NCBI GenBank assembly: GCA_030538675.1
Contig: JAUNTM010000002.1
Location: 4,824-68,823 of the forward strand
Direction: 5' to 3'
Source of the DNA: Capnocytophaga sp.
Lineage (GTDB): Bacteria; Bacteroidota; Bacteroidia; Flavobacteriales; Flavobacteriaceae
Length of the DNA stretch: 64,000 nucleotides
The notes beneath the pieces were generated by a model. The model saw only the letters and a program-made list of their open reading frames with translations. It ran no database searches and was not told the DNA's origin. The position numbers and the translations under genes are program-made. Shown here piece after piece: positions 50,212-60,428 of this stretch (position 1 is the stretch's first letter; each line of letters begins with the position of its first letter).

Positions 50212-51294
50212 ATGATTGTCCAGAGAATAATACGTACGATAGTTCTACCAATACTTTTTTTGCTTCCTAATCTGGCGGCGGCTTCTGATGCCGAAACGAC
50301 TGATAATCAACCCGAAGAATGGAACGTTACCGAAATGATTATGCACCACATCGGTGATTCGCATGAGTTTCACGTGGGCGATTGGAACGGGCGTGCTATT
50401 TCGTTTGCACTTCCTATAATCCTTTGGACGGACAATGGATTGGTAACATTTATGTCGAGCGAATTTCATCACGATAACAATGGTAAAGTAGCGGTAGAAC
50501 GCGCAGGACAAAAATTTGTTCGCTATCACGAAGAAGTTTATTACGCGGATGCCAACGGGAGCGTAGCATACGATGAAGAACACAAAGTAATCAACAGCCG
50601 TCCGCTTAATTTTTCCATTACGAAGAACGTATTTTCGCTTGTTTTGGCTTCTTTGTTGATGCTTGCCGTGTTTATTCCCGTAGCAAATTCTTACAAAAAG
50701 AATAAACGGGCACCGAAAGGATTAGCTGCTTTTGTTGAACCGATAATCCTTTTTGTGCGCAACGACATCGCCATTCCGAATATCGGCAAAAAGAAATACG
50801 AGCGCTATATGCCGTATTTACTGACGGTATTTTTCCTTATTTGGATAGGAAACCTCTTCGGACTCATTCCGTTCTTTCCGTTTTCAAGCACACTGACCAA
50901 CGATATTATTTTCACCGGATTTCTGGCGGTAATGACGCTTCTCATCACGCTTTTCAGCAGTAATAAAAATTATTGGAGACACATTTTTGCCACGCCGGGC
51001 GTTCCCGTATGGTTGTTGCCGCTGATGATAGTCGTGGAGATATTAGGGATATTCACCAAGCCGTTTGCATTAATGGTGCGTTTGTTCGCCAACATTACGG
51101 CAGGACACATTATTATATTGAGTTTAATTTCATTGATTTTCATATTCGGTTCGGTATGGGTTTCACCCGTATCGATACTATTTGCCTTGTTCATCAACGC
51201 CCTTGAGTTGTTGGTGGCAGTGCTGCAAGCCTATGTGTTTACGTTGCTTTCGGCGCTATTTATCGGGCAGGCGGTAGAAGAAGAGCATCATTGA
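50212..51294 (+). CDS. atpB: ATP synthase F0 subunit a
   Basis: KPFALMVRLFANITAGH, LQAYVF. TAATTTTG at 50160-50167. Confidence 0.97.
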   Translation: MIVQRIIRTIVLPILFLLPNLAAASDAETTDNQPEEWNVTEMIMHHIGDSHEFHVGDWNGRAISFALPIILWTDNGLVTFMSSEFHHDNNGKVAVERAGQKFVRYHEEVYYADANGSVAYDEEHKVINSRPLNFSITKNVFSLVLASLLMLAVFIPVANSYKKNKRAPKGLAAFVEPIILFVRNDIAIPNIGKKKYERYMPYLLTVFFLIWIGNLFGLIPFFPFSSTLTNDIIFTGFLAVMTLLITLFSSNKNYWRHIFATPGVPVWLLPLMIVVEILGIFTKPFALMVRLFANITAGHIIILSLISLIFIFGSVWVSPVSILFALFINALELLVAVLQAYVFTLLSALFIGQAVEEEHH

Positions 51295-51371
51295 GTTTAG
51301 GTTTCAGAGGTTAGGGTTTAGAAGCGAATCTGCCCCCCCCAACCTCTAAAACCCGAACCCGAACCCCTAAC
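51295..51371. repeat. G/T-rich versus C/A-rich 6-7-nt micro-repeat fold-back with a central C8 tract
   Basis: GTTTAG GTTTCAG AGGTTAG GGTTTAG ... C8 ... CTAAA ACCCGA ACCCGA ACCCCTAAC. Confidence 0.7.
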
Positions 51372-51404
51372 ATTATTTTTTAACTATTTAATATTTTATT
51401 CACT

Positions 51405-51608
51405 ATGGTAACTTTAGCAGGAATTGGAGCCGGAATCGCCGCTTTGGCAGCCGGAATCGGTATCGGTAAAATCGGTACAGCAGCTATGGAAGGTATTGCA
51501 CGTCAGCCTGAAGCAGCTTCAAAAATTCAAACTGCGATGATTATTGCTGCCGCACTTATCGAGGGTGTTGCCCTCTTTGCTGTGGTTGTGGCTCTTATCG
51601 CAGAATAA
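51405..51608 (+). CDS. atpE: ATP synthase F0 subunit c
   Basis: GxGxG, ARQPE, IEG (H+-type Glu). Confidence 0.97.
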   Translation: MVTLAGIGAGIAALAAGIGIGKIGTAAMEGIARQPEAASKIQTAMIIAAALIEGVALFAVVVALIAE

Positions 51609-51614
51609 TGAAAA

Positions 51615-51649
51615 TAACTGCTTTACAACGGTTGGTTGTAAGGCAGTTA
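51615..51649 (+). other. Stem-loop between atpE and atpF (mRNA stability or stoichiometry element)
   Basis: TAACTGCTTTACAAC...GTTGTAAGGCAGTTA. Confidence 0.7.
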
Positions 51650-51701
51650 CCTTTATTTGGAAAAAAATTATCGAATATAACTTAAAATAATATCATTCAC
51701 A

Positions 51702-52193
51702 ATGAACCCTACACATCCTGAAAGTTTGATTTTTTGGGCAACGGTCATCTTTGCTATTTTATTTTTCTTATTGGCAAAATATGCGTGGAAACCCATTCTT
51801 TCCGCCGTAAAAGAACGTGAAGACTCTATCAATAACGCTCTTGATGCCGCCGAGGAAGCGCGTAAACAAATGGCGAATCTCAAAGCTGATAACGAACGCT
51901 TGGCTGCCGAAGCCCGTGCCGAACGCGACCTTATGCTTAAGGAAGCCAAAGAAATAAAAGACAAAATTGTAGCCGAAGCTAAAGATGTAGCCCAAAAAGA
52001 AGGGGAAAAACTCATCGCTCAAGCCAAAACGGCCATTGAAGCTGAAAAGAAAACTGCCGTAGCCGAACTCAAAGAGAAAGTAGCGGGGCTATCTATCGAA
52101 ATAGCCCAAAAAGTAATGCAGAACGAACTTGCCGACGGAAACAAACAAGCCAACCTTATCAAAGATTTTTTGAAAGACGCTACGCTAAACTAA
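51702..52193 (+). CDS. atpF: ATP synthase F0 subunit b
   Basis: TM followed by KYAWKPIL...RE and a coiled coil. Confidence 0.96.
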   Translation: MNPTHPESLIFWATVIFAILFFLLAKYAWKPILSAVKEREDSINNALDAAEEARKQMANLKADNERLAAEARAERDLMLKEAKEIKDKIVAEAKDVAQKEGEKLIAQAKTAIEAEKKTAVAELKEKVAGLSIEIAQKVMQNELADGNKQANLIKDFLKDATLN

Positions 52194-52199
52194 ACCGAG

Positions 52200-52751
52200 A
52201 TGATACAAGGAAACAGAGCCGCCAACCGATATGCCAAAGCATTGCTGGATTATGCTATTGAGCAAAATAAACTTGATGAGGTATATGCCGATGTTACGCT
52301 CGTACACAATACAATTAAGAACAATAAAGAGTTACAGCGCCTCCTGATGTCGCCTATCGTAAAGACATTAGTCAAGAAAAATGTACTCGAGAAAATATTT
52401 ACCAATGTAACCGATGAAGTGAAAGGACTTTTTAGGCTCCTTATTGAAAACCGAAGGCTCCCGATACTTTATCCTATTACAGAAAAATTTGTCAATCAAT
52501 ACAATACGTTCAAAAATCATCAAATTGCAGAGGTAACAACTGCAGTGCCGATGGATGACGAACTGAAAAAACAGGTGTTGGCAAAAGTAGAAACACTTAC
52601 CAACAATACCAACATTACGCTCGTGAATAAAGTAAATCCGAATATCATCGGAGGGTTTATTCTCAGAGTCGGCGATGTGCAATACAATGCCAGCGTGGCA
52701 TTCAAATTGAATAAATTAAAACAAGACTTTAAGGAAACCCTTTTTGTATAA
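52200..52751 (+). CDS. atpH: ATP synthase delta subunit
   Basis: RYAKAL, IIGGFIL. Confidence 0.96.
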   Translation: MIQGNRAANRYAKALLDYAIEQNKLDEVYADVTLVHNTIKNNKELQRLLMSPIVKTLVKKNVLEKIFTNVTDEVKGLFRLLIENRRLPILYPITEKFVNQYNTFKNHQIAEVTTAVPMDDELKKQVLAKVETLTNNTNITLVNKVNPNIIGGFILRVGDVQYNASVAFKLNKLKQDFKETLFV

Positions 52752-52808
52752 CAACAGAGTAAGAAATTTCCCGAAAGGGAGATACCACTAAATAAAAAAA
52801 CATCAAAG

Positions 52809-54389
52809 ATGGCAGAGATAAAAGCAGCTGAAGTATCAGCAATCTTAAAAGAACAATTGGCAAACTTCGATGCTACTGCTTCGCTCGAAGAAGTCGGAAC
52901 GGTATTGCAAGTAGGCGATGGTATCGCTCGTATATTCGGGCTTTCAAACGCTCAATATGGTGAATTGGTAAAATTTGACAACGGATTGCAGGGCATCGTG
53001 TTGAATCTTGAAGAGGACAACGTGGGGATCACCCTGCTCGGTTCTTCTACCGATATCAAAGAAGGTGATACGGTAAAGCGTACAGGGCTTATCGCTTCTA
53101 TCAATGTAGGTGAAGGTATCGTAGGGCGTGTGGTGGATACACTCGGAAACGCTATCGACGGGAAAGGGCCTATCACAGGGAAACTCTACGAAATGCCACT
53201 TGAGCGCAAAGCTCCGGGGGTTATCTTCCGTCAGCCTGTAAACGAACCTTTGCAAACGGGTATCAAATCGGTTGATGCGATGATTCCTATCGGGAGAGGG
53301 CAACGCGAACTCGTTATCGGCGACCGACAAACGGGAAAAACGACGGTTTGTATCGATACGATTCTCAATCAAAAAGAATTTTATGATGCAGGCAAACCTG
53401 TATATTGTATTTATGTAGCCATCGGGCAGAAAGCATCGACGGTAGCGGCTATTGCCAAAACGCTGGAAGACAATGGAGCTTTGGCATATACAACGATTGT
53501 GGCTGCCAACGCCTCTGACCCTGCCCCGATGCAGGTATACGCTCCTTTTGCGGGGGCGGCTATCGGCGAATATTTCCGCGATACGGGTCGCCCGGCACTG
53601 ATTATTTACGATGATTTGTCCAAGCAGGCGGTGGCGTACCGCGAGGTGTCGTTATTGCTTCGCCGTCCGCCGGGGCGTGAAGCCTATCCGGGAGACGTAT
53701 TTTACTTGCACTCTCGTTTGCTCGAGCGTGCCGCTAAAGTGATTGCCGACGACAGCATCGCTCAGAATATGAACGACCTTCCCGAAAGCCTCAAACCAAT
53801 TGTAAAAGGCGGCGGTTCGCTTACGGCACTTCCGATTATCGAAACCCAAGCGGGCGACGTATCGGCGTATATCCCAACGAACGTGATTTCGATTACGGAC
53901 GGACAGATTTTCCTCGAATCGGATTTGTTTAACTCGGGCGTGCGACCTGCGATTAACGTAGGTATTTCGGTATCGCGCGTGGGCGGTTCGGCACAAATCA
54001 AATCGATGAAAAAAGTGGCGGGAACGCTCAAACTCGACCAAGCCCAATACCGTGAATTAGAGGCATTTGCGAAATTCGGCTCCGACCTCGATGCCGCTAC
54101 AATGGGCGTTATCGAAAAAGGAAAACGCAACGTGGAAATTCTCAAGCAATCACAAAATGACCCTTATACGGTTGAAAATCAAGTAGCTATCATCTATGCC
54201 GGCTCGAAAAACTTGCTCCGACAAGTTCCTGTGGATAAAGTCAAAGCGTTCGAGAAAGAATATCTGGAATTTTTGAATCTTCGGCACCGTAACGTATTGG
54301 ATGACCTCAAAGCAGGACAGCTGACGCAAGAAATTACCGATACACTTGAAGTTGTGGCGAAAGAAATTGCGGAAAAATACGCGAAATAA
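52809..54389 (+). CDS. atpA: ATP synthase alpha subunit
   Basis: [31 protein letters not shown]. Confidence 0.99.
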   Translation: MAEIKAAEVSAILKEQLANFDATASLEEVGTVLQVGDGIARIFGLSNAQYGELVKFDNGLQGIVLNLEEDNVGITLLGSSTDIKEGDTVKRTGLIASINVGEGIVGRVVDTLGNAIDGKGPITGKLYEMPLERKAPGVIFRQPVNEPLQTGIKSVDAMIPIGRGQRELVIGDRQTGKTTVCIDTILNQKEFYDAGKPVYCIYVAIGQKASTVAAIAKTLEDNGALAYTTIVAANASDPAPMQVYAPFAGAAIGEYFRDTGRPALIIYDDLSKQAVAYREVSLLLRRPPGREAYPGDVFYLHSRLLERAAKVIADDSIAQNMNDLPESLKPIVKGGGSLTALPIIETQAGDVSAYIPTNVISITDGQIFLESDLFNSGVRPAINVGISVSRVGGSAQIKSMKKVAGTLKLDQAQYRELEAFAKFGSDLDAATMGVIEKGKRNVEILKQSQNDPYTVENQVAIIYAGSKNLLRQVPVDKVKAFEKEYLEFLNLRHRNVLDDLKAGQLTQEITDTLEVVAKEIAEKYAK

Positions 54390-54419
54390 AAATAACATTT
54401 GTAAACTTTTGCACTTATA

Positions 54420-55274
54420 ATGGCAAATTTAAAAGAGATACGAAGTAGAATATCGTCTGTGGGTTCAACGATGCAGATTACCAGCGCTATGAAAATGGTG
54501 TCGGCTGCTAAGTTGAAAAAAGCACAAGATGCTGTTACCGCCATGAAGCCTTACGCCTACAAGCTACGGCAATTGCTGGAACAGTTGAGTTCTGCTTTGG
54601 GAAGCGACAGCCAATACAATGCTCGTCCGGACGAAATTAAAAAAGTACTCATCGTACCAATCACTTCCAACAGGGGCTTGTGCGGGGCTTTCAATGCCAA
54701 TATTTCGAAGCGAGCCCTCGAATTGGAAGCTACTCAATACAGCGGATTGGACGTGCAGTTTTATACCGTTGGGAAAAAAGGAAATGACGTATTGAAAAAA
54801 ACGGGGAAAGTATTCCACCATGATACGCACCTTATCAACGCATTGACGTATGCCGACACGGCAAAGCTCGCAGAAGAATTGATGGAACTTTATACTTCCG
54901 AAGCGTTTGATACTATTGTGTTGGTTTACAACAGTTTCAAAAATGCAGCAACGCAGATTATCACCGATGAAGTTTTCTTGCCGTTGCAATCGGTAGAGGA
55001 AGAAAAAGAAGCAGCGAGCGATTATTTGTTTGAGCCTTCGAAAGAGGAAATCGTAAAAGAACTTATCCCTCGTTCGCTTAAAATCCAGTTGTTCAAAGCG
55101 TTACGTGATTCTGTTGCTTCGGAACACGGTGCGAGAATGACGGCCATGCACAAAGCTACGGACAACGCCAATGAACTGCGAAATCAGCTTAAATTGACGT
55201 ACAACAAAGCCCGACAGGCGGCTATCACAGGCGAAATCCTCGAGATTGTGGGGGGAGCCGAGGCACTTGGTTAA
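54420..55274 (+). CDS. atpG: ATP synthase gamma subunit
   Basis: QITSAMKMVSAAK, GLCG, RMTAM, RQAAIT. Confidence 0.98.
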   Translation: MANLKEIRSRISSVGSTMQITSAMKMVSAAKLKKAQDAVTAMKPYAYKLRQLLEQLSSALGSDSQYNARPDEIKKVLIVPITSNRGLCGAFNANISKRALELEATQYSGLDVQFYTVGKKGNDVLKKTGKVFHHDTHLINALTYADTAKLAEELMELYTSEAFDTIVLVYNSFKNAATQIITDEVFLPLQSVEEEKEAASDYLFEPSKEEIVKELIPRSLKIQLFKALRDSVASEHGARMTAMHKATDNANELRNQLKLTYNKARQAAITGEILEIVGGAEALG

Positions 55275-55294
55275 TAGACTCTGAATAATAAAAT

Positions 55295-55336
55295 AAAAAC
55301 GCAAATCATTTATTAATAGTGATTTGCGTTTTTTTT
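55295..55336 (+). terminator. Intrinsic terminator after atpG
   Basis: AAAAACGCAAATCA...TGATTTGCGTTTTT. Confidence 0.85.
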
Positions 55337-55349
55337 ATAAACTTAAAAA

Positions 55350-56053
55350 ATGACACATTTTAAAAAAGAATTTTTTCGACTTCATGGACGCTAAATTGGA
55401 GGAAGAGCAGAAGTCTTTTGAACAGGCAGAGAAGGAGTATGAAACCAAAGAACGACGTGATAAAATAAAAAATACGGATGCCGATTTTCAAAAAATTTAT
55501 AAAAAGCTGGCTAAAAAAATACACCCTGATTTGTACAAAGATGAAAATGAAAAGCAGCACAAAGAAGAGCTGATGAAAACGCTTTCGGCGCTGTGGGAAA
55601 ACAGAGATTATTTGGGATTAATACAGCTGACTCTTACAATAGATCCTGATAATGAGGATGATATAGGACTTTCAGAGGGAAACCTTAGGGGTTCGGGGTG
55701 AGGGCTCCTGCGAAAATAAAATACTAATATTCAACAACTTGTTACATCGAACTCACGTTATTATAGAAAAAGAAGCGGAGATTTACAATACCAAATTCAG
55801 GTCGGAGTATGCGATGTATTACAAAATTTTTTCAGGTGTGAGTACTCAAAAAGGGTATCAGAAAAGGATGGAAAAAGTTAAAACCGATATGCGGGAAATC
55901 AATCGCTCTATAGAAAAATCTATTGAAAAAACGAGAACGTTGGCTTCTTTGGAGGAGGTTTTGGAAGAGGAGTATTATCGGCGTGAGGACAGTTTTTCTC
56001 CTTTTGGACTTGACGATATAGATTTGGAGTCTCTTTTCAGGGATAACGATTAG
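55350..56053 (+). pseudogene. Disrupted HPD/J-domain-like coiled-coil protein gene (fragments 55384-55701 and about 55759-56053)
   Basis: YKKLAKKIHPD motif. Split by a MITE end. Upstream ATG at 55350 is one base out of frame. Confidence 0.7.
55705..55758 (-). mobile_element. Partial second copy (one end, about 54 bp) of the 3968-4175 MITE
   Basis: GCGAAAATAAAATACTAATATTCAACAACTTGTTACATCGAACTCACGT is the near reverse complement of 3968-4016. Confidence 0.85.
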
Positions 56054-56149
56054 GGTATATAGCAATATCGGGCAATTTTTTGTGTCGAACTCAGGATAGT
56101 TTGCTATTGGCTAATTCCTATTCCCTTAATTTCTTTTCCCTGCTTCCCT

Positions 56150-56288
56150 GCGTGAGGGATAGTAGCGGAAATAAAGCGAAGCGAAACGCTATTTTTTGCC
56201 GATACTGCAGGGGCGACCGGAGGAAGCCACTGCAGGTCGTGCAAAAAAAGCGTTTTTGCGAGTGTATTGCAGCGGAAAGCCCGACCCC
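56150..56288. repeat. Structured intergenic element (GCGTGAGGGATAG.AGCGGA ... GCAGCGGAAAGCCCGACC) with nested stems
   Basis: AAACGCTATTTTTTGC/GCAAAAAAAGCGTTT and CTGCAG/CTGCAG nested stems. Resembles a Flavobacteriaceae dispersed repeat (from recall). Confidence 0.6.
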
Positions 56289-56415
56289 AAAAAATGAAAA
56301 AATGAGATGACTTGGAAATTTGAAAATGTGAGCCGATAGACACTATTTTCGGGCAATAACGAATCTTTTTTTGGGGGCACGCCCTGACAAAAAAGGTGTT
56401 CTGTATGAGGTTTGT

Positions 56416-56450
56416 AAAAAAAAATCCGTTCCCTGTTTTGAGAACGGATT
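56416..56450 (-). terminator. Intrinsic terminator after the S8 protease
   Basis: AATCCGTTC...GAACGGATT with an A run on plus (U tail on minus). Confidence 0.8.
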
Positions 56451-56473
56451 ATCTGTTTTTGAAAAACTAGTAT

Positions 56474-58093
56474 TTATTTTTTGGCTTTGCTCATTTGTGC
56501 AGCGATGATGATGGCGTTGCGGGCGTTGACTATTTTGCCTGAAGCGGATAGGATGGCAAAATCTTCTTCGGTATTGTCTTCGCCTACTTCTACTTTCATT
56601 TTTGGTGCTACGCCCGATTGCATGATGGCTTTTTTGACTTGTGCGGCAGTCAAATTGGGGAAATAAGACCGTATCAAGGCGGCTAATCCTGCTACTTCGG
56701 GTGAAGCCATGGATGTTCCTTGTAAGAATTTGTAGCTATTTTCGGGTGCGGTAGACCATATTTTTACGCCGGGGGAGAATATATCTACGTTGCGCTGGCC
56801 GAAATTGGAGAATGAAGCCACGAGGTTTTTGTCGAATGTGTAATTCAACGCACCTACGGTGAGGAAGTTGTCGGCAATTTCTTTGCCGTTGATTTCATCA
56901 TTGGGATATACTTCGTGTTCGTCGATGTTTTTGCTGTCGTTGCCTGCGGCATTGACTATGAGCATGTCTTTTTCGGCAGCGTATTTGATGGCATCGTGTA
57001 CCCATTGGGTGTGTGGCGAAAAGTCTTTACCGAAACTTGTATTGATTACTTTAGCTCCGTTGTCGGCTGCGTAGCGTATGGCAAGGGCGATATCTTTGTC
57101 GTACTCATCACCGTCGGGAACGGCTCTTAGTGCCATGATGGTGATGTTGTCAGCGACTCCGTTCATACCGATACCGTTGTTGCGTACCGCTCCGATGATG
57201 CCTGCTACGTGCGTGCCGTGTAAGGCTTCGTCAATGTCCGGTCCTATGACGTTGTTGTCGCCATATACGCGGTCGTTGATGTCGTCAGGATTGTCGCCTA
57301 AGAGTTCTTCGCGCGGACTGTAGTCGAGGTTTAGGTGGTAATTGAGTTTGGAATCAAAGTATTTGATAGCGTCGCCGAGTTCTTCTTTGGCTTTGTCGGG
57401 TGAGCCTGCGAATGCTATCATTTGCCCCATGAAGCCTGCGTATTGCTGTATCATATCATCATTGGTCTGTAAGTCCATGAGGTCTTCAACGGTGTAATCA
57501 TCCTTTTTGGTGGCTTTTTGCAGTGCAGGGTGTGCTGTTTCAACCATTTTGACGAGTTGCTCGTAGTATAATTTGTTCTGAATGGCATCGTTGTACTCTT
57601 GGTCGTATTTTTCTTTTGCCGTCAGATACTCGGGGTTCATCTTGTCATTCGTTTTGAGAATACGTACGAATTCAAGGTTTTCATGATTGATGTTGCCTAA
57701 GAAATTCCAGCCGTGAACATCATCAATGTATCCGTTGTTGTCATCATCAATACCGTTGCCGGGAATTTCCCCCGGGTTAACCCAGATAACTTCTTTGAGG
57801 TCTTCGTGGTTGATGTCGATGCCTGAGTCGATGACCCCAACAATGACATTGGTCGATTTGAGCCCTTTGAGTAAATCATACGCCCCTTGTAGGTTCATTC
57901 CGGGAAATCCGTCGGTTGCCAAATTGGCGTGTGGCCATGTTTTGAGTGTTTCTTCGGAGACTTCCGCTGCTTGCGATGGCACATTGCTTGGGATGGTGTC
58001 CAAAGGTGTTTTGGCTATCTTGGAAAGTGGGCTACACCCTGTGATGAATATCGCCGAAGCTACTATCCATGCTGATTTTCTGATATTTATCAT
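56474..58093 (-). CDS. S8 (subtilisin-family) serine protease, lipoprotein
   Basis: VIDSG, HGTHVAG, GTSMASP and ITGC lipobox. TATCTTTG at 58131-58138. Confidence 0.95.
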   Translation of the reverse strand: MINIRKSAWIVASAIFITGCSPLSKIAKTPLDTIPSNVPSQAAEVSEETLKTWPHANLATDGFPGMNLQGAYDLLKGLKSTNVIVGVIDSGIDINHEDLKEVIWVNPGEIPGNGIDDDNNGYIDDVHGWNFLGNINHENLEFVRILKTNDKMNPEYLTAKEKYDQEYNDAIQNKLYYEQLVKMVETAHPALQKATKKDDYTVEDLMDLQTNDDMIQQYAGFMGQMIAFAGSPDKAKEELGDAIKYFDSKLNYHLNLDYSPREELLGDNPDDINDRVYGDNNVIGPDIDEALHGTHVAGIIGAVRNNGIGMNGVADNITIMALRAVPDGDEYDKDIALAIRYAADNGAKVINTSFGKDFSPHTQWVHDAIKYAAEKDMLIVNAAGNDSKNIDEHEVYPNDEINGKEIADNFLTVGALNYTFDKNLVASFSNFGQRNVDIFSPGVKIWSTAPENSYKFLQGTSMASPEVAGLAALIRSYFPNLTAAQVKKAIMQSGVAPKMKVEVGEDNTEEDFAILSASGKIVNARNAIIIAAQMSKAKK

Positions 58094-58210
58094 TTCGTAC
58101 TTATATTTAATGCTACTTTCAATTGAACGCCAAAGATAATGATTTTTTGGAAAAAGCAGGAATTGATTTGAAAATTGTCATTGTACATCTATCGGCTTTT
58201 TTATGGAATA

Positions 58211-59263
58211 TTATTTCCCGTACATCGTGTCGTAATACTTTTGGTAATCGCCGCTGGTTACGTGGTCAAGCCATTCGGTATTTTCCAAATACCATTTCAC
58301 GGTTTTGGCGATGCCTTCCTCAAACTGCAGTGAGGGCTGCCAGCCGAGTTCGTTTTTGATTTTGGAAGCGTCGATGGCGTACCGCAAATCGTGTCCGGCA
58401 CGGTCGGTAACATAGGTTATCAGGCTTTCGGAGGTGCCTTCGGGACGACCCAATTGTTTATCTACTTGTTTGATAATCACTTTGATAAGGTCGATGTTTT
58501 TCCATTCGTTGAACCCACCGATGTTGTACGTATCGCCGTTTTTTCCTTTGTGGAAAACGGTATCAATCGCCGAGGCGTGGTCTTCCACGAAGAGCCAGTC
58601 GCGGACATTTTCGCCTTTTCCGTACACGGGAAGCGGTTTGTTGTGCCGTATATTGTTGATAAACAGTGGAATGAGTTTTTCAGGAAACTGATAGCTTCCG
58701 TAGTTGTTCGAGCAATTGCTGATGACGACAGGCAATCCGTAGGTGTCGTGATAGGCACGTACAAAATGGTCGGAAGCCGCTTTGGAAGCCGAATAAGGCG
58801 AATGCGGGTCGTACTTGGTTTGTTCGGTGAACATCACATCGTTCATTTCGAGCGTACCATAAACTTCGTCGGTGGACACGTGGTAAAATCGCTTGCCGTG
58901 GTAGTTCTCGTTCCACGCTTCACGGGCGGCTTGCAGTAGCGTTATCGTTCCCATAACGTTGGTTTGGGCAAAAGCGAGCGGGTCTTTGATGCTTCTGTCC
59001 ACGTGGCTTTCCGCCGCCAAATGGATAATATCGGTGATTTTTTCGTTTTTAAGAAGATTTCGCATCGCCTCGATGTCGCAAATATCGTCTTTTACGAAAC
59101 GGTAATTAGGTTTACTTTCGATGTCTTTTAAGTTTTCGAGGTTGCCTGCATACGTGAGTTTATCAAGGTTAATGATTTGATATTCAGGATATTTATTGAC
59201 AAATAACCGTACTGCGTGCGACCCGATGAAGCCGGCACCGCCTGTGATGAGTATTTTTTTCAT
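58211..59263 (-). CDS. rfbB: dTDP-glucose 4,6-dehydratase
   Basis: GGAGFIGS, AAESHVDRS, STDEVYG, YSASK. Confidence 0.97.
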   Translation of the reverse strand: MKKILITGGAGFIGSHAVRLFVNKYPEYQIINLDKLTYAGNLENLKDIESKPNYRFVKDDICDIEAMRNLLKNEKITDIIHLAAESHVDRSIKDPLAFAQTNVMGTITLLQAAREAWNENYHGKRFYHVSTDEVYGTLEMNDVMFTEQTKYDPHSPYSASKAASDHFVRAYHDTYGLPVVISNCSNNYGSYQFPEKLIPLFINNIRHNKPLPVYGKGENVRDWLFVEDHASAIDTVFHKGKNGDTYNIGGFNEWKNIDLIKVIIKQVDKQLGRPEGTSESLITYVTDRAGHDLRYAIDASKIKNELGWQPSLQFEEGIAKTVKWYLENTEWLDHVTSGDYQKYYDTMYGK

Positions 59264-59275
59264 TTTTATGGATTT

Positions 59276-60409
59276 TTACATTTTAAAATAATTTCGTTTA
59301 AGCCATTCTTTGTAAATGGGGTCTTGAAAATACAATCCTGCGTTTACTTCATCAATGATGTCCTTTTGTATCAACGCATTTTTAGCTCTGGACACATTGG
59401 CTGAAGTGCCGATTTTGTATTTTTTTAGCGTTTTTTGTGATGTCAATTGTGTTTCATTATTAAGCATCGCCCTCAAAAACTCTACTTGCGAAGTAGGCAG
59501 ATTTTCCGTTAAGGAAACAAAAAGCAAACTCAATTGGCTGATTAAGTCTTCGTGTGCTTGCTCTATAATAGCTTCTGTAACAGCACTTTGAGTGCGAAAC
59601 CATACTTGTTGTGAAAGCTGTTGCACATAATACGGATGGTTTTCTACCCGCAATGCGATTGCCCTTGCACGGCTTTCCGATATGGTTCTTCCTGTTTCGG
59701 CAAAGCTGTGCACGATGTATTTTTCCCATTCCGTTTCCGAAATTTTGTCAAGGAACATCAGGTCGCCAAACTTGTAAAAAGGCATTGAAGCATCGGTAAA
59801 AACATCGAGCATCATATGCCGCTTACTTCCGTAAAAACAGTAGGTTACATTCTGATGGACTTGAAAATGAGCCCGTAATTTCTTTTGGAAAGCAAGCGGT
59901 TCGGCAAAGGTGGCGATATTCTGAAACTCGTCAAAACACACCACAATCCGCTTCTTTTTTTTCAGTGCGACCGACTCGGCAAGGTTCAAAATAGCATCTG
60001 CATTTTCCCCAACATCTTCCCACGCAACGCCGAACGTGAGCGGTGTCTGGTTATCGGCAGTTAAGGTAATTTGCGGCAACAATTTTGACAGAAACGCCTT
60101 GGAAAGTGCCGCTATTTCTTCCCATTTGCTTGCCGAAGCACTCATGACGGCATTGGCATAAGCGATATAAAAATCTTCTTCGCTGCGGATATTGAACAGG
60201 TCTAAGTCACATATTATCAGACTTTTATCTTCGGAAAGAGATTCTTTAACCTTCGCCACGAGCGATGATTTTCCCCAGCGGCGTGGTGATATGATGACTG
60301 TATTGACCCCAAAACTGAAATTCGTTTTTAAGCGTTCTATATCCGCCAAGCGATTGACAAAATAATCGCCTGTAACTATTTTTCCAAAACGAAACGGTAC
60401 TGTATTCAT
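59276..60409 (-). CDS. AAA-type P-loop ATPase (archaeal-ATPase-like), probable C-terminal winged helix
   Basis: Walker A SPRRWGKSS, Walker B VCFDEFQ, YGS, HPYYVQ. Confidence 0.88.
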   Translation of the reverse strand: MNTVPFRFGKIVTGDYFVNRLADIERLKTNFSFGVNTVIISPRRWGKSSLVAKVKESLSEDKSLIICDLDLFNIRSEEDFYIAYANAVMSASASKWEEIAALSKAFLSKLLPQITLTADNQTPLTFGVAWEDVGENADAILNLAESVALKKKKRIVVCFDEFQNIATFAEPLAFQKKLRAHFQVHQNVTYCFYGSKRHMMLDVFTDASMPFYKFGDLMFLDKISETEWEKYIVHSFAETGRTISESRARAIALRVENHPYYVQQLSQQVWFRTQSAVTEAIIEQAHEDLISQLSLLFVSLTENLPTSQVEFLRAMLNNETQLTSQKTLKKYKIGTSANVSRAKNALIQKDIIDEVNAGLYFQDPIYKEWLKRNYFKM

Positions 60410-60428
60410 AAGTACATTTTTTCAGAAG

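Noticed and set aside
51311-51316. Telomere-like TTAGGG hexamer (also at 32638-32643)
   Set aside because: Single hexamers within the micro-repeats already reported. There is no tandem telomeric array.
56080-56380. Short ORFs on both strands
   Set aside because: They overlie the structured repeat and have no protein-like features.
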